Counted from the first letter of the stretch, positions 17,942 through 28,743 are shown. The stretch is 64,000 bases of DNA from Arenimonas sp. (GCA_050737875.1 JBOHYG010000108.1:31241-95240), one strand, 5' to 3'. The notes: generated by a model not told the origin, from the letters alone. A program made the numbers and translations.

Positions 17942-19810
17942 ATGACGACTGAGACATCTGCCCATCCCGAAGGGGACGCTTTTCTTTCCGGCGAGAGCTG
18001 GCTGCGTCTGCGCGATGCCCTGCTGAATATTTCCAGGCACCCATTCGTCAATGATGAAACCAGTCTAGAGCGAATTTTAAGCGCCAGCGCCCAGGCCTTG
18101 TCTTGTCCGCGTATCGGCTTGTGGATGTTCGAAGCCGATAATTCCCAATTGCGCTGTGCTGCATTGTTCCAGGATGGGAAAATGCAACTTGATTTGCCGG
18201 TCGTGCTGCATCGCGACAAGACACCGAAATATTTCGACGCCCTGAATGATTTGCTGACACTGGCGGCGCATGATGCCGCCAATGATCCGCGTACCCACGA
18301 ATTCAGGGATAACTATCTGGCGGAAAATAATATCGGTGCGATGCTGGATGTGCCGATCAGCGTCTGCGGGAAGATGGTGGGCGTGCTTTGTCACGAGCAC
18401 GTTGGCGATGTCAGGCACTGGACTGACGAAGAAAGGATTTTCTGCTGCGGCATTTCCGCATTGGCTTCGCAGTCACTGGAACACAGCCGTTTGAACAAAA
18501 TGGAAAGCGAGCGAAATCGTGCGCTGTTTTTCGATCATCTCACCGGCATTGCAAACCGCGGCTTGATGCTCGATCGCTTGAATCAAATAATGCGGGCCGG
18601 TGAAAGCGCCGCCTTGCTTGTCATTGATCTGGATCGTTTCGGCAGTGTGCTGCAAGCGATCGGCGACGAGGATGCCGATACGGTATTGGTGACGATAGTC
18701 GATCGTCTGGCTTCGCTTGTCCGAATGGATCAGCTGGGACGGCTGGGCAATGATGAATTTGCGGTCGTGGTGGCGTCGGACACTCCACTGATGGATGCAC
18801 TGAAGATCACTTCGAAAATCCAGTCCGCGATAGCGCAACCAATCTTCATCGGAGGACGGGAAATCGTGTTGACGGCGAGCGTCGGCATTGTTTCCGATAC
18901 GCGCAACTACAAGGAAGCGACCGATTGCCTTCGTGACGCAACGATAGCGGTGAGTGCCGCGATTCAATCCGGGCGCGGCGGGCAGGAAGTGTTCGCGGCA
19001 GGCATGGATGAAAAGGCAAAACAGCGCATGTCGATCGAACAGGATATTCGTCGCGGCATGCAGCAAAACGAATTCCTGTTCCACTTTCAGCCGATTCTCG
19101 ACGCCAATAGCCAGTCCTTGCTCGGTGCGGAAGCTTTGTTGCGTTGGCAACATCCCGAAAAGGGCTTGCTCGCTCCGGCTGCATTTATCGAAGTCGCAGA
19201 GGAATGTGGCGCCTTGCTGGCGATACAGCCCAAATTGATTCGCCAATCGTTTGAATCGCTCGCTGCCTGGCGGCAGATACCCGGCCACGAAAAATTCCGG
19301 CTCAGTTTTAATTTTTCGCCCGAGCAATTGACTTACCCTGGTTTTGCCTACGATCTGCAAATCATGCTCGATGAAGCCGGTCTTGATTTCGATTCACTGC
19401 AAGGCGAAATAACCGAAAACACCTTGCTGCACGACAAGGATAATCTGTTGCCGATACTGACGAAATTTTCCGAGAGCGGGCTCGCGCTTGCATTGGATGA
19501 TTTCGGCACCGGTTATGCGTCGGTGACGCATCTCGCGCAACTTCCCCTGCAACTGGTCAAGCTTGATCGCAGTTATGTATCGAACGCTTGCGATGATCCG
19601 CGCATGGCCAATATCGTGCAGCACCTTGTGGCGCTCGCACAGTCGCTCAATCTGCGCGTCATAGCGGAGGGGGTGGAAACCCAGGCGCAATATGATTTAT
19701 TGCGGCAGTCCGGCTGTGACGAAGTCCAGGGCTTCTTTTTCAGCAAACCGCTGCCATTGGCCAGTTTTGAAACGCACTACCTTTCGGCGGCCCCGCAAAT
19801 CAAGGTTTGA
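17942..19810 (+). CDS. GAF-GGDEF(GNDEF)-EAL cyclic-di-GMP signalling protein
   Basis: GAF-like N-terminus. The GGDEF domain has RLGNDEF at aa 267-273. The EAL domain has EALLRW, DDFGTGYAS, KLDRSYV, EGVET and QGFFFSKP. Confidence 0.9.
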   Translation: MTTETSAHPEGDAFLSGESWLRLRDALLNISRHPFVNDETSLERILSASAQALSCPRIGLWMFEADNSQLRCAALFQDGKMQLDLPVVLHRDKTPKYFDALNDLLTLAAHDAANDPRTHEFRDNYLAENNIGAMLDVPISVCGKMVGVLCHEHVGDVRHWTDEERIFCCGISALASQSLEHSRLNKMESERNRALFFDHLTGIANRGLMLDRLNQIMRAGESAALLVIDLDRFGSVLQAIGDEDADTVLVTIVDRLASLVRMDQLGRLGNDEFAVVVASDTPLMDALKITSKIQSAIAQPIFIGGREIVLTASVGIVSDTRNYKEATDCLRDATIAVSAAIQSGRGGQEVFAAGMDEKAKQRMSIEQDIRRGMQQNEFLFHFQPILDANSQSLLGAEALLRWQHPEKGLLAPAAFIEVAEECGALLAIQPKLIRQSFESLAAWRQIPGHEKFRLSFNFSPEQLTYPGFAYDLQIMLDEAGLDFDSLQGEITENTLLHDKDNLLPILTKFSESGLALALDDFGTGYASVTHLAQLPLQLVKLDRSYVSNACDDPRMANIVQHLVALAQSLNLRVIAEGVETQAQYDLLRQSGCDEVQGFFFSKPLPLASFETHYLSAAPQIKV

Positions 19811-19872
19811 CGCTTGGGCTGGAAGGCTAAATCGGGCAGAATACGCACACGATAAAGTGAGTAAAACGCCTG

Positions 19873-20766
19873 ATGTTTCTACATAGCATGGATCCAATCG
19901 CAGTCCACCTGCCGTTCTGGCCACATGGCATTCATTGGTACGGCATCATGTACTTGATGGGATTCGCCGCCGCCTACTTGCTGGGCATGCACCGGGTACG
20001 TGCCGGGCGATTGCCGGGCGTGAATGAAGAAGGCTTGAGCGATTTGCTGTTTTACGGGATGGTCGGTGTTGTCCTCGGCGGACGCGTGGGTTACATCCTG
20101 TTTTACAACTTTGCCGAATTCCTTGCCGATCCGATCATGTTGTTTCGCATCAACGAAGGTGGCATGAGTTTCCACGGTGGTTTGTTGGGCGTCATGGCCG
20201 CCGTTGCGTGGTGGTCCTGGAAAAATAAACTGCATGTATTCGATACCATTGATTTTGTCGCACCCCTGGTGCCGCCCGGACTGGCATTCGGCCGTTTCGG
20301 CAATTTCATCAATGGCGAATTATGGGGAAAGCTGACCAATTCGAATTGGGGCGTGGTCTTTCCGGAAAGTTTGCCGGAGACCTACGCTGGAGCGACGGCT
20401 GCACAATTGCGTGATCTTCATGCAAGCGGTGCGCTAGAGGCCTATGCGCGACATCCGACCCAGCTTTATCAAATGTTCCTGGAAGGCGTACTGCTGTTCA
20501 CCTTCTTGTTCTGGTTTAGCAGCAAGCCGCGCGCGCGTTATGCCGTCTCGGGTTGGTTTGCGCTTTTGTACGGCATTTTCCGCTTCCTGGTGGAGTTCGT
20601 TCGCGAACCGGACCAGCAACTCGGTTACTTCGCCGGTGACTGGCTCACGATGGGCCAGATATTGAGCATTCCGCTGATTGCACTTGGTTTGGTATTTCTA
20701 TTTATGTCGAGAACATCGCCAACCTTGCAGCCTGTTCCGGTCGTGAGTTCGGAGGCTAAAAAATAA
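19873..20766 (+). CDS. lgt: Prolipoprotein diacylglyceryl transferase
   Basis: [34 protein letters not shown] and [14 protein letters not shown] are present. Confidence 0.95.
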   Translation: MFLHSMDPIAVHLPFWPHGIHWYGIMYLMGFAAAYLLGMHRVRAGRLPGVNEEGLSDLLFYGMVGVVLGGRVGYILFYNFAEFLADPIMLFRINEGGMSFHGGLLGVMAAVAWWSWKNKLHVFDTIDFVAPLVPPGLAFGRFGNFINGELWGKLTNSNWGVVFPESLPETYAGATAAQLRDLHASGALEAYARHPTQLYQMFLEGVLLFTFLFWFSSKPRARYAVSGWFALLYGIFRFLVEFVREPDQQLGYFAGDWLTMGQILSIPLIALGLVFLFMSRTSPTLQPVPVVSSEAKK

Positions 20767-21560
20767 TGCTGGCGTATCTGGATGTACTCGCGCATGTGAT
20801 GAAAAACGGTGCGGAAAAATCCGACCGCACCGGCACGGGCACGCGCTCGGTGTTTGGCGCACAGATGCGTTTTGACCTGAATGCCGGCTTTCCGCTGGTG
20901 ACCACGAAAAAACTTCACCTGCGTTCGATCATCCATGAGCTGCTGTGGTTTTTGAAAGGCGAAACCAATATCGCCTACCTGAAAGAAAACAAGGTCAGCA
21001 TCTGGGACGAATGGGCCGATGCCAATGGCGAATTGGGCCCGGTGTACGGCAAGCAATGGCGCTCCTGGCAATGTCCGGACGGCAGCACGATCGATCAAAT
21101 CCAATGGTTGGTCGATGAAATAAAGCGCAATCCGGATTCGCGCCGGCTGATCGTGAACGCCTGGAATGTAGCGGACTTGCCGAAGATGGCCTTGATGCCT
21201 TGCCATGCGATATTCCAGTTCTACGTCGCCAACGGAAAACTGAGTTGCCAGTTGTATCAGCGCTCGGCCGATTTGTTCTTGGGTGTGCCGTTCAATATCG
21301 CAAGTTATGCGTTGCTGACCCACATGATTGCGCAGGTTTGCGATCTCGGTGTCGGCGATTTTGTCCACACGCTGGGCGATGCGCATATTTATTCCAATCA
21401 TTTCGACCAGGTCAATGAACAGCTTTCACGCACGCCGCGTGCATTGCCGAGTCTTCATCTGAATCCTGCGATCAAGGATTTGTTCGCATTCACCTATGAC
21501 GATATCCGCATCGACAATTACGACCCACTGCCCGCCATCAAAGCACCTGTCGCGGTCTGA
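20766..21560 (+). CDS. thyA: Thymidylate synthase
   Basis: [24 protein letters not shown] and [16 protein letters not shown] are present. 264 aa. Confidence 0.97.
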   Translation: MLAYLDVLAHVMKNGAEKSDRTGTGTRSVFGAQMRFDLNAGFPLVTTKKLHLRSIIHELLWFLKGETNIAYLKENKVSIWDEWADANGELGPVYGKQWRSWQCPDGSTIDQIQWLVDEIKRNPDSRRLIVNAWNVADLPKMALMPCHAIFQFYVANGKLSCQLYQRSADLFLGVPFNIASYALLTHMIAQVCDLGVGDFVHTLGDAHIYSNHFDQVNEQLSRTPRALPSLHLNPAIKDLFAFTYDDIRIDNYDPLPAIKAPVAV

Positions 21561-21565
21561 TTGCC

Positions 21566-22063
21566 ATGCAGAAGATTTCGCTCATCGCCGCTCTTGATAC
21601 AGAATTCGCGATTGGCCGTGGTAATGCGTTGCCCTGGCATCTGCCGGCGGATCTGCAGCGCTTCAAATCGCTTACCCTGAACAAGCCGATCGTGATGGGC
21701 CGCAAGACTGCCGAATCACTCGGGCGCGCATTGCCGAAGCGCAGGAACATCGTTTTGTCGCGTTCCGGTTACGTGCCTTTTGCCGATATGGAATCGGCAA
21801 CATCGCTGGAAGACGTGTTCGCCTTATGCCGCGACGAAGCGGAAGTCTGCGTTATAGGCGGCGGCGAAATTTACCGATTGGCGTTGCCGTATGCGACGCA
21901 TCTTCATCTGACCCATGTCGATACCGTAGTTGAAGATGCCGATGCGTTTTTTCCGCAGGTCGATTTCAAGAAATGGCTGGTCACACTAGGCGAGCGACAT
22001 CCCGTCGATGAAAAACACGCATTCGCTTTCGAGTTTGTCGATTACCAGCGCAAGCCGGAATAA
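21566..22063 (+). CDS. folA: Dihydrofolate reductase
   Basis: ISLIAALDTEFAIGRGNALPWHLPADLQRFKSLTLNKPIVMGRKT. Confidence 0.95.
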   Translation: MQKISLIAALDTEFAIGRGNALPWHLPADLQRFKSLTLNKPIVMGRKTAESLGRALPKRRNIVLSRSGYVPFADMESATSLEDVFALCRDEAEVCVIGGGEIYRLALPYATHLHLTHVDTVVEDADAFFPQVDFKKWLVTLGERHPVDEKHAFAFEFVDYQRKPE

Positions 22064-22067
22064 ATAA

Positions 22068-22907
22068 TCAGGCGCGTGCGGCCTGCACTTCCTGCACGCG
22101 GCCGGTGACCTGATGCAATCGCAATTCGGGACCCAATTCCAGCGCCGTTAAATTGCCACCCCAGACTGCGCCGGTATCGATACCGTAAACGCCAAGTCCC
22201 ATGAACAGGCCAAGCGTGGACCAGTGTCCGAAAATCAGCGGTAACTCGCGTGCAGCGTGTCCCGGAACTTCAAACCATGGATAGCTTCCGGGTTTTTGCG
22301 TGCCCGGGCGTCCCTTGTCTTCGAATACGATCCTGCCCGAGGGCGTGCAATAGCGCAGACGCGTGAACACGTTGATGATCGCGCGATCGCGGTCGGGGCC
22401 GGTCAATTTCGGCGACCAGACCGGTTTGTCGCCGTAAATATTCTTGAAGATTTTACGGTAGCCGTCGCTATGCAAACGCGATTCGACTTCCTGGGCGCGT
22501 GCTTCGGCAATTTTCAGCGTCCATTTCGGCGCGATGCCGGCGTGCACCATCGCGAAACCCAGGCTGCGATCGACGTGCAGAAGTTTTTGCATGCGCAGCC
22601 AGTTGATCAAGGTCTCGCTGTCACTGGCGAACAGTATGCGTTGCAGGTCGGCATTCACTTTGCGCTGATCTTCTTCACGGCGTTGCGCGATCGCAAGCAG
22701 GGACAAGTCATGGTTACCGAGCACAATCGTGCTGTGAATTTGCAGCGAATGAATCAGCCGCAAAGTTTCGAGCGATTGACCACCGCGATTTACCAGGTCG
22801 CCACAGAACCAGAGCCGGTCCTTGGCGGGATCGAATTTGATCCGCTCGAGCAAGCGAGACAGCGCGTCATAGCAACCCTGGACATCGCCGATCGCGTAAG
22901 TGGCCAT
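22068..22907 (-). CDS. apaH: Symmetrical bis(5'-nucleosyl)-tetraphosphatase
   Basis: [12 protein letters not shown]...GDLVNRGG...GNHD metallophosphatase motifs. The ATG at 22907 overlaps the apaG stop (TAATG), so the TTG start at 22931 in the ORF track is rejected. Confidence 0.95.
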   Translation of the reverse strand: MATYAIGDVQGCYDALSRLLERIKFDPAKDRLWFCGDLVNRGGQSLETLRLIHSLQIHSTIVLGNHDLSLLAIAQRREEDQRKVNADLQRILFASDSETLINWLRMQKLLHVDRSLGFAMVHAGIAPKWTLKIAEARAQEVESRLHSDGYRKIFKNIYGDKPVWSPKLTGPDRDRAIINVFTRLRYCTPSGRIVFEDKGRPGTQKPGSYPWFEVPGHAARELPLIFGHWSTLGLFMGLGVYGIDTGAVWGGNLTALELGPELRLHQVTGRVQEVQAARA

Positions 22908-23284
22908 TAATGCAGAGTCCTCGGAACGCAAAGCGTGAACGGTGCGATATCGGCCTCGAATTGCAAACCGTCGTCGGCCTGCATCTGGTAGCTGCCGCGC
23001 ATAGTGCCGAGTGCAGTTTCCAGCACGGCACCCGAGGTGTATTCGAAAGACTCGCCTGGTTGCAGATGCGGCTGTTCGCCGACTACACCTTCGCCATGTA
23101 CTTCCTGCACTTTGCCGAGTTCATCGGTAATCACCCAATGCCGGCTGATCAATTGTGCCGGTACTTCACCCTGGTTTTCGATGCGGATGGTGTAGGAAAA
23201 AACATAGCGCGCACGATCCGGTTCGGATTGCTCATCCAGAAAGCGGGTTTTTACGGTGACGGCAATTTGGTGTTTGGCTGACAT
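22907..23284 (-). CDS. apaG: ApaG (DUF525) protein
   Basis: 125 aa ([28 protein letters not shown]...[22 protein letters not shown]) in the conserved position between rsmA and apaH. Confidence 0.95.
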   Translation of the reverse strand: MSAKHQIAVTVKTRFLDEQSEPDRARYVFSYTIRIENQGEVPAQLISRHWVITDELGKVQEVHGEGVVGEQPHLQPGESFEYTSGAVLETALGTMRGSYQMQADDGLQFEADIAPFTLCVPRTLH

Positions 23285-23293
23285 GACGATAGT

Positions 23294-24100
23294 TTACGTT
23301 GTCGGCGCTGTTTTTGAAGCCAGAAAATTGGCTAATTTGATGAAATCCGAGACCGGCAACTGCTCGGCGCGGGCATCCGGACGCAGCCCGACAGCTTCGA
23401 TATCCTCGGCGGTACATAAAGCCTGCATGGCATTGCGAATCGTTTTACGGCGTTGGCCGAAAGCGTCACGCACCAGGTTTTCGAACAGGACCGTATCGGT
23501 AATCTGGATTTTATCGCTAGGTAGCGGCACGAGTCTTACGACGGCCGAATCCACCTTCGGCGGCGGGCGAAAGGCATGCGGCGGCACCATGAACAAGGGC
23601 GTGACTTCGCAGCGCGCTTGCAGCATCACGGTCAGTCGGCCATATACCTTGCTGCCGGGCTCCGCTGCCATGCGATCGATCACTTCTTTTTGCAGCATGA
23701 AATGCATGTCGCGGACGGCCGGCGCGTGCTCGAGTACGTGAAACAGGATCGGTGTCGAAATGTTGTACGGCAAATTGCCGACCAGACGCAGCGGCGGACG
23801 ATCGGCAGCAAGTTTCGTGAAATCCACTTTCAGCACGTCTTTGTGAATGATGGTGAGGTCGCCAACGCCTTCGGCCGATTCCATCAACGGCGTGATTAGA
23901 TCGCGGTCGAATTCGATAACGGTCAGCGATCCGTGCTTTTTCAATAATGGAAATGTAATCGCGCCTTGGCCGGGGCCAATTTCCACCAAGAAATCTTCCG
24001 GCGCCGGTTTCACCGCCAAGACGATTTTGTCGATGATCGATTGGTCGGTCAGAAAATGCTGGCCAAGATTTTTCTTCGGCGGGTCCTTGAACAATTTCAT
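23294..24100 (-). CDS. rsmA: 16S rRNA (adenine1518/1519-N6)-dimethyltransferase
   Basis: KKNLGQHFLTD...EIGPGQGAIT...GNLPYNISTPI. The ATG at 24100 forms an ATGA overlap with the pdxA stop. Confidence 0.95.
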   Translation of the reverse strand: MKLFKDPPKKNLGQHFLTDQSIIDKIVLAVKPAPEDFLVEIGPGQGAITFPLLKKHGSLTVIEFDRDLITPLMESAEGVGDLTIIHKDVLKVDFTKLAADRPPLRLVGNLPYNISTPILFHVLEHAPAVRDMHFMLQKEVIDRMAAEPGSKVYGRLTVMLQARCEVTPLFMVPPHAFRPPPKVDSAVVRLVPLPSDKIQITDTVLFENLVRDAFGQRRKTIRNAMQALCTAEDIEAVGLRPDARAEQLPVSDFIKLANFLASKTAPTT

Positions 24101-25068
24101 TTGACGCTCCGAGAATTGGCTAGCTGTGTGCATTGTGTCACGGCGGCCATCATGCTGGAGTGATCGGCAATGCCTTTGCCCGCGATCTCGAGTGCGGTGC
24201 CGTGGTCAACCGCGACACGTGGATAGGGCAGGCCAAGCGTGATATTGACGGCATGCTCGAAACCCGCGTGTTTCAAAACGGGCAGCCCCTGATCGTGATA
24301 CATCGCAAGCACGGCATCGAACTGCGGCAATTTTTGCGGAAGAAATGCCGTATCGGCCGGCAAGGGCCCAAACAGTTGCATACCTTGCTCACGTAAATGC
24401 CGCAGGCAGGGTTCAATGATTTCGATTTCTTCGCGGCCCAAAACTCCGCCTTCACCAGCGTGTGGATTCAAGCCAAGCACGGCAATGCGCGGATTCGCGA
24501 TGCCGAATTGGCCTTGCAGGCTAGCGTGCAAAATGGATAAAACTTTTTTCAGACAGTGCTGGGTGATGGCGTCGGGGACATCACGTAAAGCCAGATGTGT
24601 AGTGGCAAGGGCAACTCGCATTTGCGGGTTTGCCAGCATCATCACGACATCGCAGCCGGCGTGCTCTGCCAGTAATTCGGTAGTGCCGGTGTAAGCAATT
24701 CCGCCGGCATTGATGCTGGCCTTGTTCACCGGGCCGGTGACCATGCCCTGAAACTCGCCATCGATACAGCCCTGTGCGGCCCTTAATAAAGTTGCGATCA
24801 CGAACTCGGCATTTTCAGGATCTGCCCTGCCGAAAACGGTGGCGGCTTTTTGTCGCATCGGCAAAATTGCCAGCTCGCCGGCAGTGGCTTTTTGCTCGGC
24901 CGAAACCAAACGCAGCGGAAGTTTTAAGGCTTCCGCTGCTTGGTGTAGCGTATCTGGGTCGGCGATGGCGATTAAATTTGCGGAATGCTGGGTCTGTGCA
25001 ATACGGACACAGCATTCAGGACCAAGTCCAGCCGGTTCGCCTGCAATAAGCGCCAGGCGGGTATCCAT
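24097..25068 (-). CDS. pdxA: 4-hydroxythreonine-4-phosphate dehydrogenase
   Basis: GEPAGLGPE...TGPVNK...GLNPHAGEGG...MYHDQGL motifs. Confidence 0.95.
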   Translation of the reverse strand: MDTRLALIAGEPAGLGPECCVRIAQTQHSANLIAIADPDTLHQAAEALKLPLRLVSAEQKATAGELAILPMRQKAATVFGRADPENAEFVIATLLRAAQGCIDGEFQGMVTGPVNKASINAGGIAYTGTTELLAEHAGCDVVMMLANPQMRVALATTHLALRDVPDAITQHCLKKVLSILHASLQGQFGIANPRIAVLGLNPHAGEGGVLGREEIEIIEPCLRHLREQGMQLFGPLPADTAFLPQKLPQFDAVLAMYHDQGLPVLKHAGFEHAVNITLGLPYPRVAVDHGTALEIAGKGIADHSSMMAAVTQCTQLANSRSVK

Positions 25069-25073
25069 GGCTA

Positions 25074-26381
25074 TCAGATGCCGCCGAGACGTGACTCGAC
25101 GTAGGCATCGTTGCGTAATTGACGGACGAAGCGTTCGTATTCTTCTTCCGATTTACGCTGGGCAATCAATTGACGTGCCTGGTTACGACGGTTTTCATCG
25201 GTCATATCCTGGTTTCGTGTACCAAGACGCTTCACGAAATGCCAGCCGACATCGCTTTTGAACACGTCGGAAACTTCGCCGTCCGACAAGGCCGATAATT
25301 TATCGGCAATACCCTGTCCCCATTGGTTCAATTCGAACCAGCCCATGTCGCCACCTTTGCTGGCGTTCATTGCTTCGGCCGAATTTTCGCGTGCGAGTTT
25401 GGCGAAATCTTCGCCGCCAGCGATGCGGGCACGCAGATCTTCGGCTTTTTGACGGGCCGCTTCACCGTTTTCGTCGGCCTTGATCGGGATCATCATGCCG
25501 AGCGCGTGGTATTGCGTCACCACTTGTTTTTGTTGTTCGCGGGTTTCGATCAGTTTGATCAACTGGTAGCCGCTCGGGCCGCGAACCGGATTGGTGACAT
25601 CGCCGGGTTTCATTTCGCGGATCATGTTCACGAATGCCGGTGGAATCGAATCCACACCGCGCCAGCCAATTTCGCCGCCTTCCAATGCATTTTGCGAATC
25701 CGAGAAGCGAATCGCGGCGGAACTGAAATCGATTTCGCCCTTGTCGAGCAAAGCCTTGATGCGGGTAATTTTTTCCTGTGCTTTCGCCAGTTGTTCCGGT
25801 GTGGCGCCATCGGGCAATGCCACCAGGATGTTGGCGAGGCGTACTTCAGGACCACCGATTTCACGGACCGACAGCAGCTGGTCGATTTCAGTCTCGGAAA
25901 CTTGTACGCGACTTTGCACGTAGCTTTGGCGCATGCGCTGGACGGTAATTTCGTCTTTCAGGTTGTTGCGGAAATCTTCGTAGCTCAAGCCTTCGTTGCC
26001 GATCTGGGCGCGAAGTTGCTCCATCGTGATTTTGTTCTGGTTGGCGATGTTCTGGATTGCCTGGTTCACTTCGTTGTCGGAGACGCGAATGCCGCTGCTG
26101 TTGGCGCGCTCGATTTGCAAGCGCAGCAGGATCAGGCGTTCGAGCACTTGCCGGCGAAGTACATCGTCGGGTGGCAATTGTTCTGGCTGCTTGGCGTACT
26201 GGGCTTTGATGTTATCAACGGCGCGCTGTACTTCGCTGTTCAAGATAACGTCCTCGTCGACGATGGCAGCAATGCCATCGACGCTGGCGACGCCTTGATC
26301 TTGAGCCAGCAGGATATTGCTCGTTAGGCCCAGGGAGAGGGCCAATAACAAACCGGAAAACTTGTGTTTCATGTGTTTCAA
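25074..26381 (-). CDS. surA: Periplasmic chaperone / peptidyl-prolyl isomerase SurA
   Basis: Signal peptide, an N-terminal SurA domain and two parvulin-like segments (GGEIGWRG..., GGDMGWF...). It lies between lptD and pdxA. Confidence 0.9.
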   Translation of the reverse strand: MKHMKHKFSGLLLALSLGLTSNILLAQDQGVASVDGIAAIVDEDVILNSEVQRAVDNIKAQYAKQPEQLPPDDVLRRQVLERLILLRLQIERANSSGIRVSDNEVNQAIQNIANQNKITMEQLRAQIGNEGLSYEDFRNNLKDEITVQRMRQSYVQSRVQVSETEIDQLLSVREIGGPEVRLANILVALPDGATPEQLAKAQEKITRIKALLDKGEIDFSSAAIRFSDSQNALEGGEIGWRGVDSIPPAFVNMIREMKPGDVTNPVRGPSGYQLIKLIETREQQKQVVTQYHALGMMIPIKADENGEAARQKAEDLRARIAGGEDFAKLARENSAEAMNASKGGDMGWFELNQWGQGIADKLSALSDGEVSDVFKSDVGWHFVKRLGTRNQDMTDENRRNQARQLIAQRKSEEEYERFVRQLRNDAYVESRLGGI

Positions 26382-26442
26382 ACTCCGTCAGCGTCGCATC
26401 CGCGGTAAAAGCCGGGTACAAACAATTAATTCAAGATTGATT

Positions 26443-28686
26443 TTATTGGGAATAACCTAGAATAGCATTATCCAGCACGGCTTCCGTGTCTCGACCGAAG
26501 CTACCCAAGCCATTCAGTTCGAGTTCGACATAGAGGCCAAAGTTCGATTTTCCATCGAAAGTCCGAATATAGTCGCGGCCAAGCACTCGGAGGGCTACGC
26601 AGCAGCTTTTCCATTCAATTCCGAGCATGCTTTCAAGGCTTTTGCCATCCTGAATGGAATAATTCCAGCGTCCCAAAAGGTTCCAGTCCGATTTAACCGG
26701 GATACGGAAGCTGACGTCGGTCTGCTCCAGCGAATCCTTGCGGTAGCGGTAGGCTGCATTAAACAAGCCACCGTTTTTCCAGCGGACTTGGGACCTGAGC
26801 CCGCTTAACATGGTTCGTTCAGTGTCCGGATCCCATTGCTGGGTTAATCCGATATTCCAGTTGTCCGACAACGTCCAGTCGACTTGCGCGGCCCAGGCTG
26901 AACCACTGAGCTCTACCGGGGGAGCGCCGGTCAAGTTGACCCGTGGTGAGTCGAAGTAGGTGATACGGCCGAGACTGGCGCTCAGGCGCTCACGGCCGGT
27001 GGCTTGTTCATAAAAACGAGTCGTGAAGGCGAGTGTTGCCTGGTTGGCATCACTTTGGCGATCGGCGCCGCCGAAACTATTGGTGCGGAACAAGGCAGGC
27101 CAATCGAATGTGAGATTTCGGCTGTCAAAAAGTGGCAAATCGTCTTGATTGCGGTATGGCACGTACAGGTAGTAGAAACGTGGCTCGAAAGTCTGCAGGT
27201 AGTTATCGCCGCCCCATTGCATATCGCGCTCAAATACCATGCCGGCATCGAGACTGACGATCGGCAAGCTTCGCTGTGGAGAAGTATCGCCACCCGGCGC
27301 AAGCAAGCTGCTGTCGAAGTCCGAATCGTGAAGACTGCCGTACTGCGTAAAGCGCCACGCGATTTCGGGCGTGACATACCAGGATGTCCCGCTGAATGGC
27401 ATGCGCAGGAATGTCTGCAGGTCAACTCGCGAACCGCCATCGGCGCTGCTGTTAATGTCATCGCGGGTATAGCGCACGGCTTCCGCATCGATGCCGAATT
27501 CAAGCCACTCGTTCTGCGGCTTCATCCAGCTGGCCTGCAATCTTGGCAAACGGCGGAACGGTGCGCTGCCATCGGGCAACAAGGGGTTGGCAATTTGCCA
27601 ATATTCAAAACCGAAGCTCGCTGACCAATGGCGTCCGCGACCGTAAATACCTGCCTCGCTTTGTAACAAGGAACGCGAAGTGGAATCGAGCGACTGGCCG
27701 AAATCGGAAAAATATTGGCGATCACTTACATGGTTCAGGTTGGCAGAGGTATACCAATGAGAGTTGATAGCAGTGAAGTGATCGAATTGGATCAAACCGC
27801 GGTCACGGCCGGTCAGATCATCGTTAGGCAACCAGGTGGTTTCAAAAGCACCACGTGAACGCCGGGTCAGATAACGAAATTCGGTGCCCAGCATCAAGCC
27901 GCGCTCGGATAACCAGCGCGGGGTGAACGTCGCGTCGTAATTAGGTGCGATATTCCAGTAGATCGGTACGGCAATATCCGTACCGTTTCGCTGGTCGTTA
28001 CCAATGGTCGGCGACAGGATGCCGCTACGACGGCGGTCGTCGGTCGGGAAGCTGATGAAGGGCAGCCAAAGTATTGGCACGCCGCCTAGGCGCAAGGTGG
28101 CGTTGGTGGCAGTGCCGCGCGCAGTTTTCTGGTCGACCTTGATGTGGCTGGCGGAAAATTCCCATTGGCGCTGGCCAGGAGGGCAGGTTGAATAGGTCGC
28201 GCCGTCGAGCTCGCCGGTTTCGCCGTGCATGCTGGCTTCTTGCGCTGTGCCATTACCCAGATTGTTGTTGAACTGGTATTGCACGCCTTTCAAGCTCATC
28301 GTGTCTTTTTTCTGATCGCCGCTGGCCTGTTTGGCAGTCAGGCGAACTCCGCGGTCCTGATAGTTAACCGGACCCTCGGTAACAAATTGTTCGTTGTCGT
28401 GGGTATAGGTCAGCTTATCGGTTTTCATCCACTGGTCCGAGCGCTGCAGAATCACGTTGCCTTCGAATACCGTAACCTTTTCTTTTTCGAGATTCAGGTT
28501 GTCCGCTTCAATGTCGGTCGCACTGAGTTCGCGATTTTCATCGGATACCGGATTGGTATTGAATACCGGCAAGGTTTCGGGACTAACGCAGTAATTCCAG
28601 TTTTGTTCGACTTCCTGGGCCACAACGGCTTGGGAAATGGCAAAACACAGCGGTAATAAACGCAGGGCTGGACGGGACACAGGCAA
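26443..28686 (-). CDS. lptD: LPS-assembly outer-membrane protein LptD
   Basis: 747 aa with a signal peptide, an OstA-like N-domain (VFEGNVILQRSDQWMKTDKLTY) and a large beta-barrel ending in an aromatic-rich C-terminus. Confidence 0.92.
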   Translation of the reverse strand: MPVSRPALRLLPLCFAISQAVVAQEVEQNWNYCVSPETLPVFNTNPVSDENRELSATDIEADNLNLEKEKVTVFEGNVILQRSDQWMKTDKLTYTHDNEQFVTEGPVNYQDRGVRLTAKQASGDQKKDTMSLKGVQYQFNNNLGNGTAQEASMHGETGELDGATYSTCPPGQRQWEFSASHIKVDQKTARGTATNATLRLGGVPILWLPFISFPTDDRRRSGILSPTIGNDQRNGTDIAVPIYWNIAPNYDATFTPRWLSERGLMLGTEFRYLTRRSRGAFETTWLPNDDLTGRDRGLIQFDHFTAINSHWYTSANLNHVSDRQYFSDFGQSLDSTSRSLLQSEAGIYGRGRHWSASFGFEYWQIANPLLPDGSAPFRRLPRLQASWMKPQNEWLEFGIDAEAVRYTRDDINSSADGGSRVDLQTFLRMPFSGTSWYVTPEIAWRFTQYGSLHDSDFDSSLLAPGGDTSPQRSLPIVSLDAGMVFERDMQWGGDNYLQTFEPRFYYLYVPYRNQDDLPLFDSRNLTFDWPALFRTNSFGGADRQSDANQATLAFTTRFYEQATGRERLSASLGRITYFDSPRVNLTGAPPVELSGSAWAAQVDWTLSDNWNIGLTQQWDPDTERTMLSGLRSQVRWKNGGLFNAAYRYRKDSLEQTDVSFRIPVKSDWNLLGRWNYSIQDGKSLESMLGIEWKSCCVALRVLGRDYIRTFDGKSNFGLYVELELNGLGSFGRDTEAVLDNAILGYSQ

Positions 28687-28743
28687 ATCCTGAATAACAA
28701 GATGGGGTGTATTCTAGCCGTTATTGCCCAAACCCCATAGGAG

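Noticed and set aside
20758-21542. Hand translation of the printed lines labelled 20761-21481 (and likewise 22861-23221) reads one base out of register with the ORF track. There is an apparent extra base at 20761/22861 and a missing base at 21540/23280. Taken literally, this would fuse lgt and thyA in frame.
   Set aside because: ORF-track translations on both strands across these points (Lgt ...SSEAKK stop; minus-strand ...HYFLASELT...; ...RPRQVL stop) agree with separate lgt and thyA genes. I treat the discrepancy as a line-boundary formatting or reading artefact, not a biological frameshift. It only adds +/-1 nt uncertainty.
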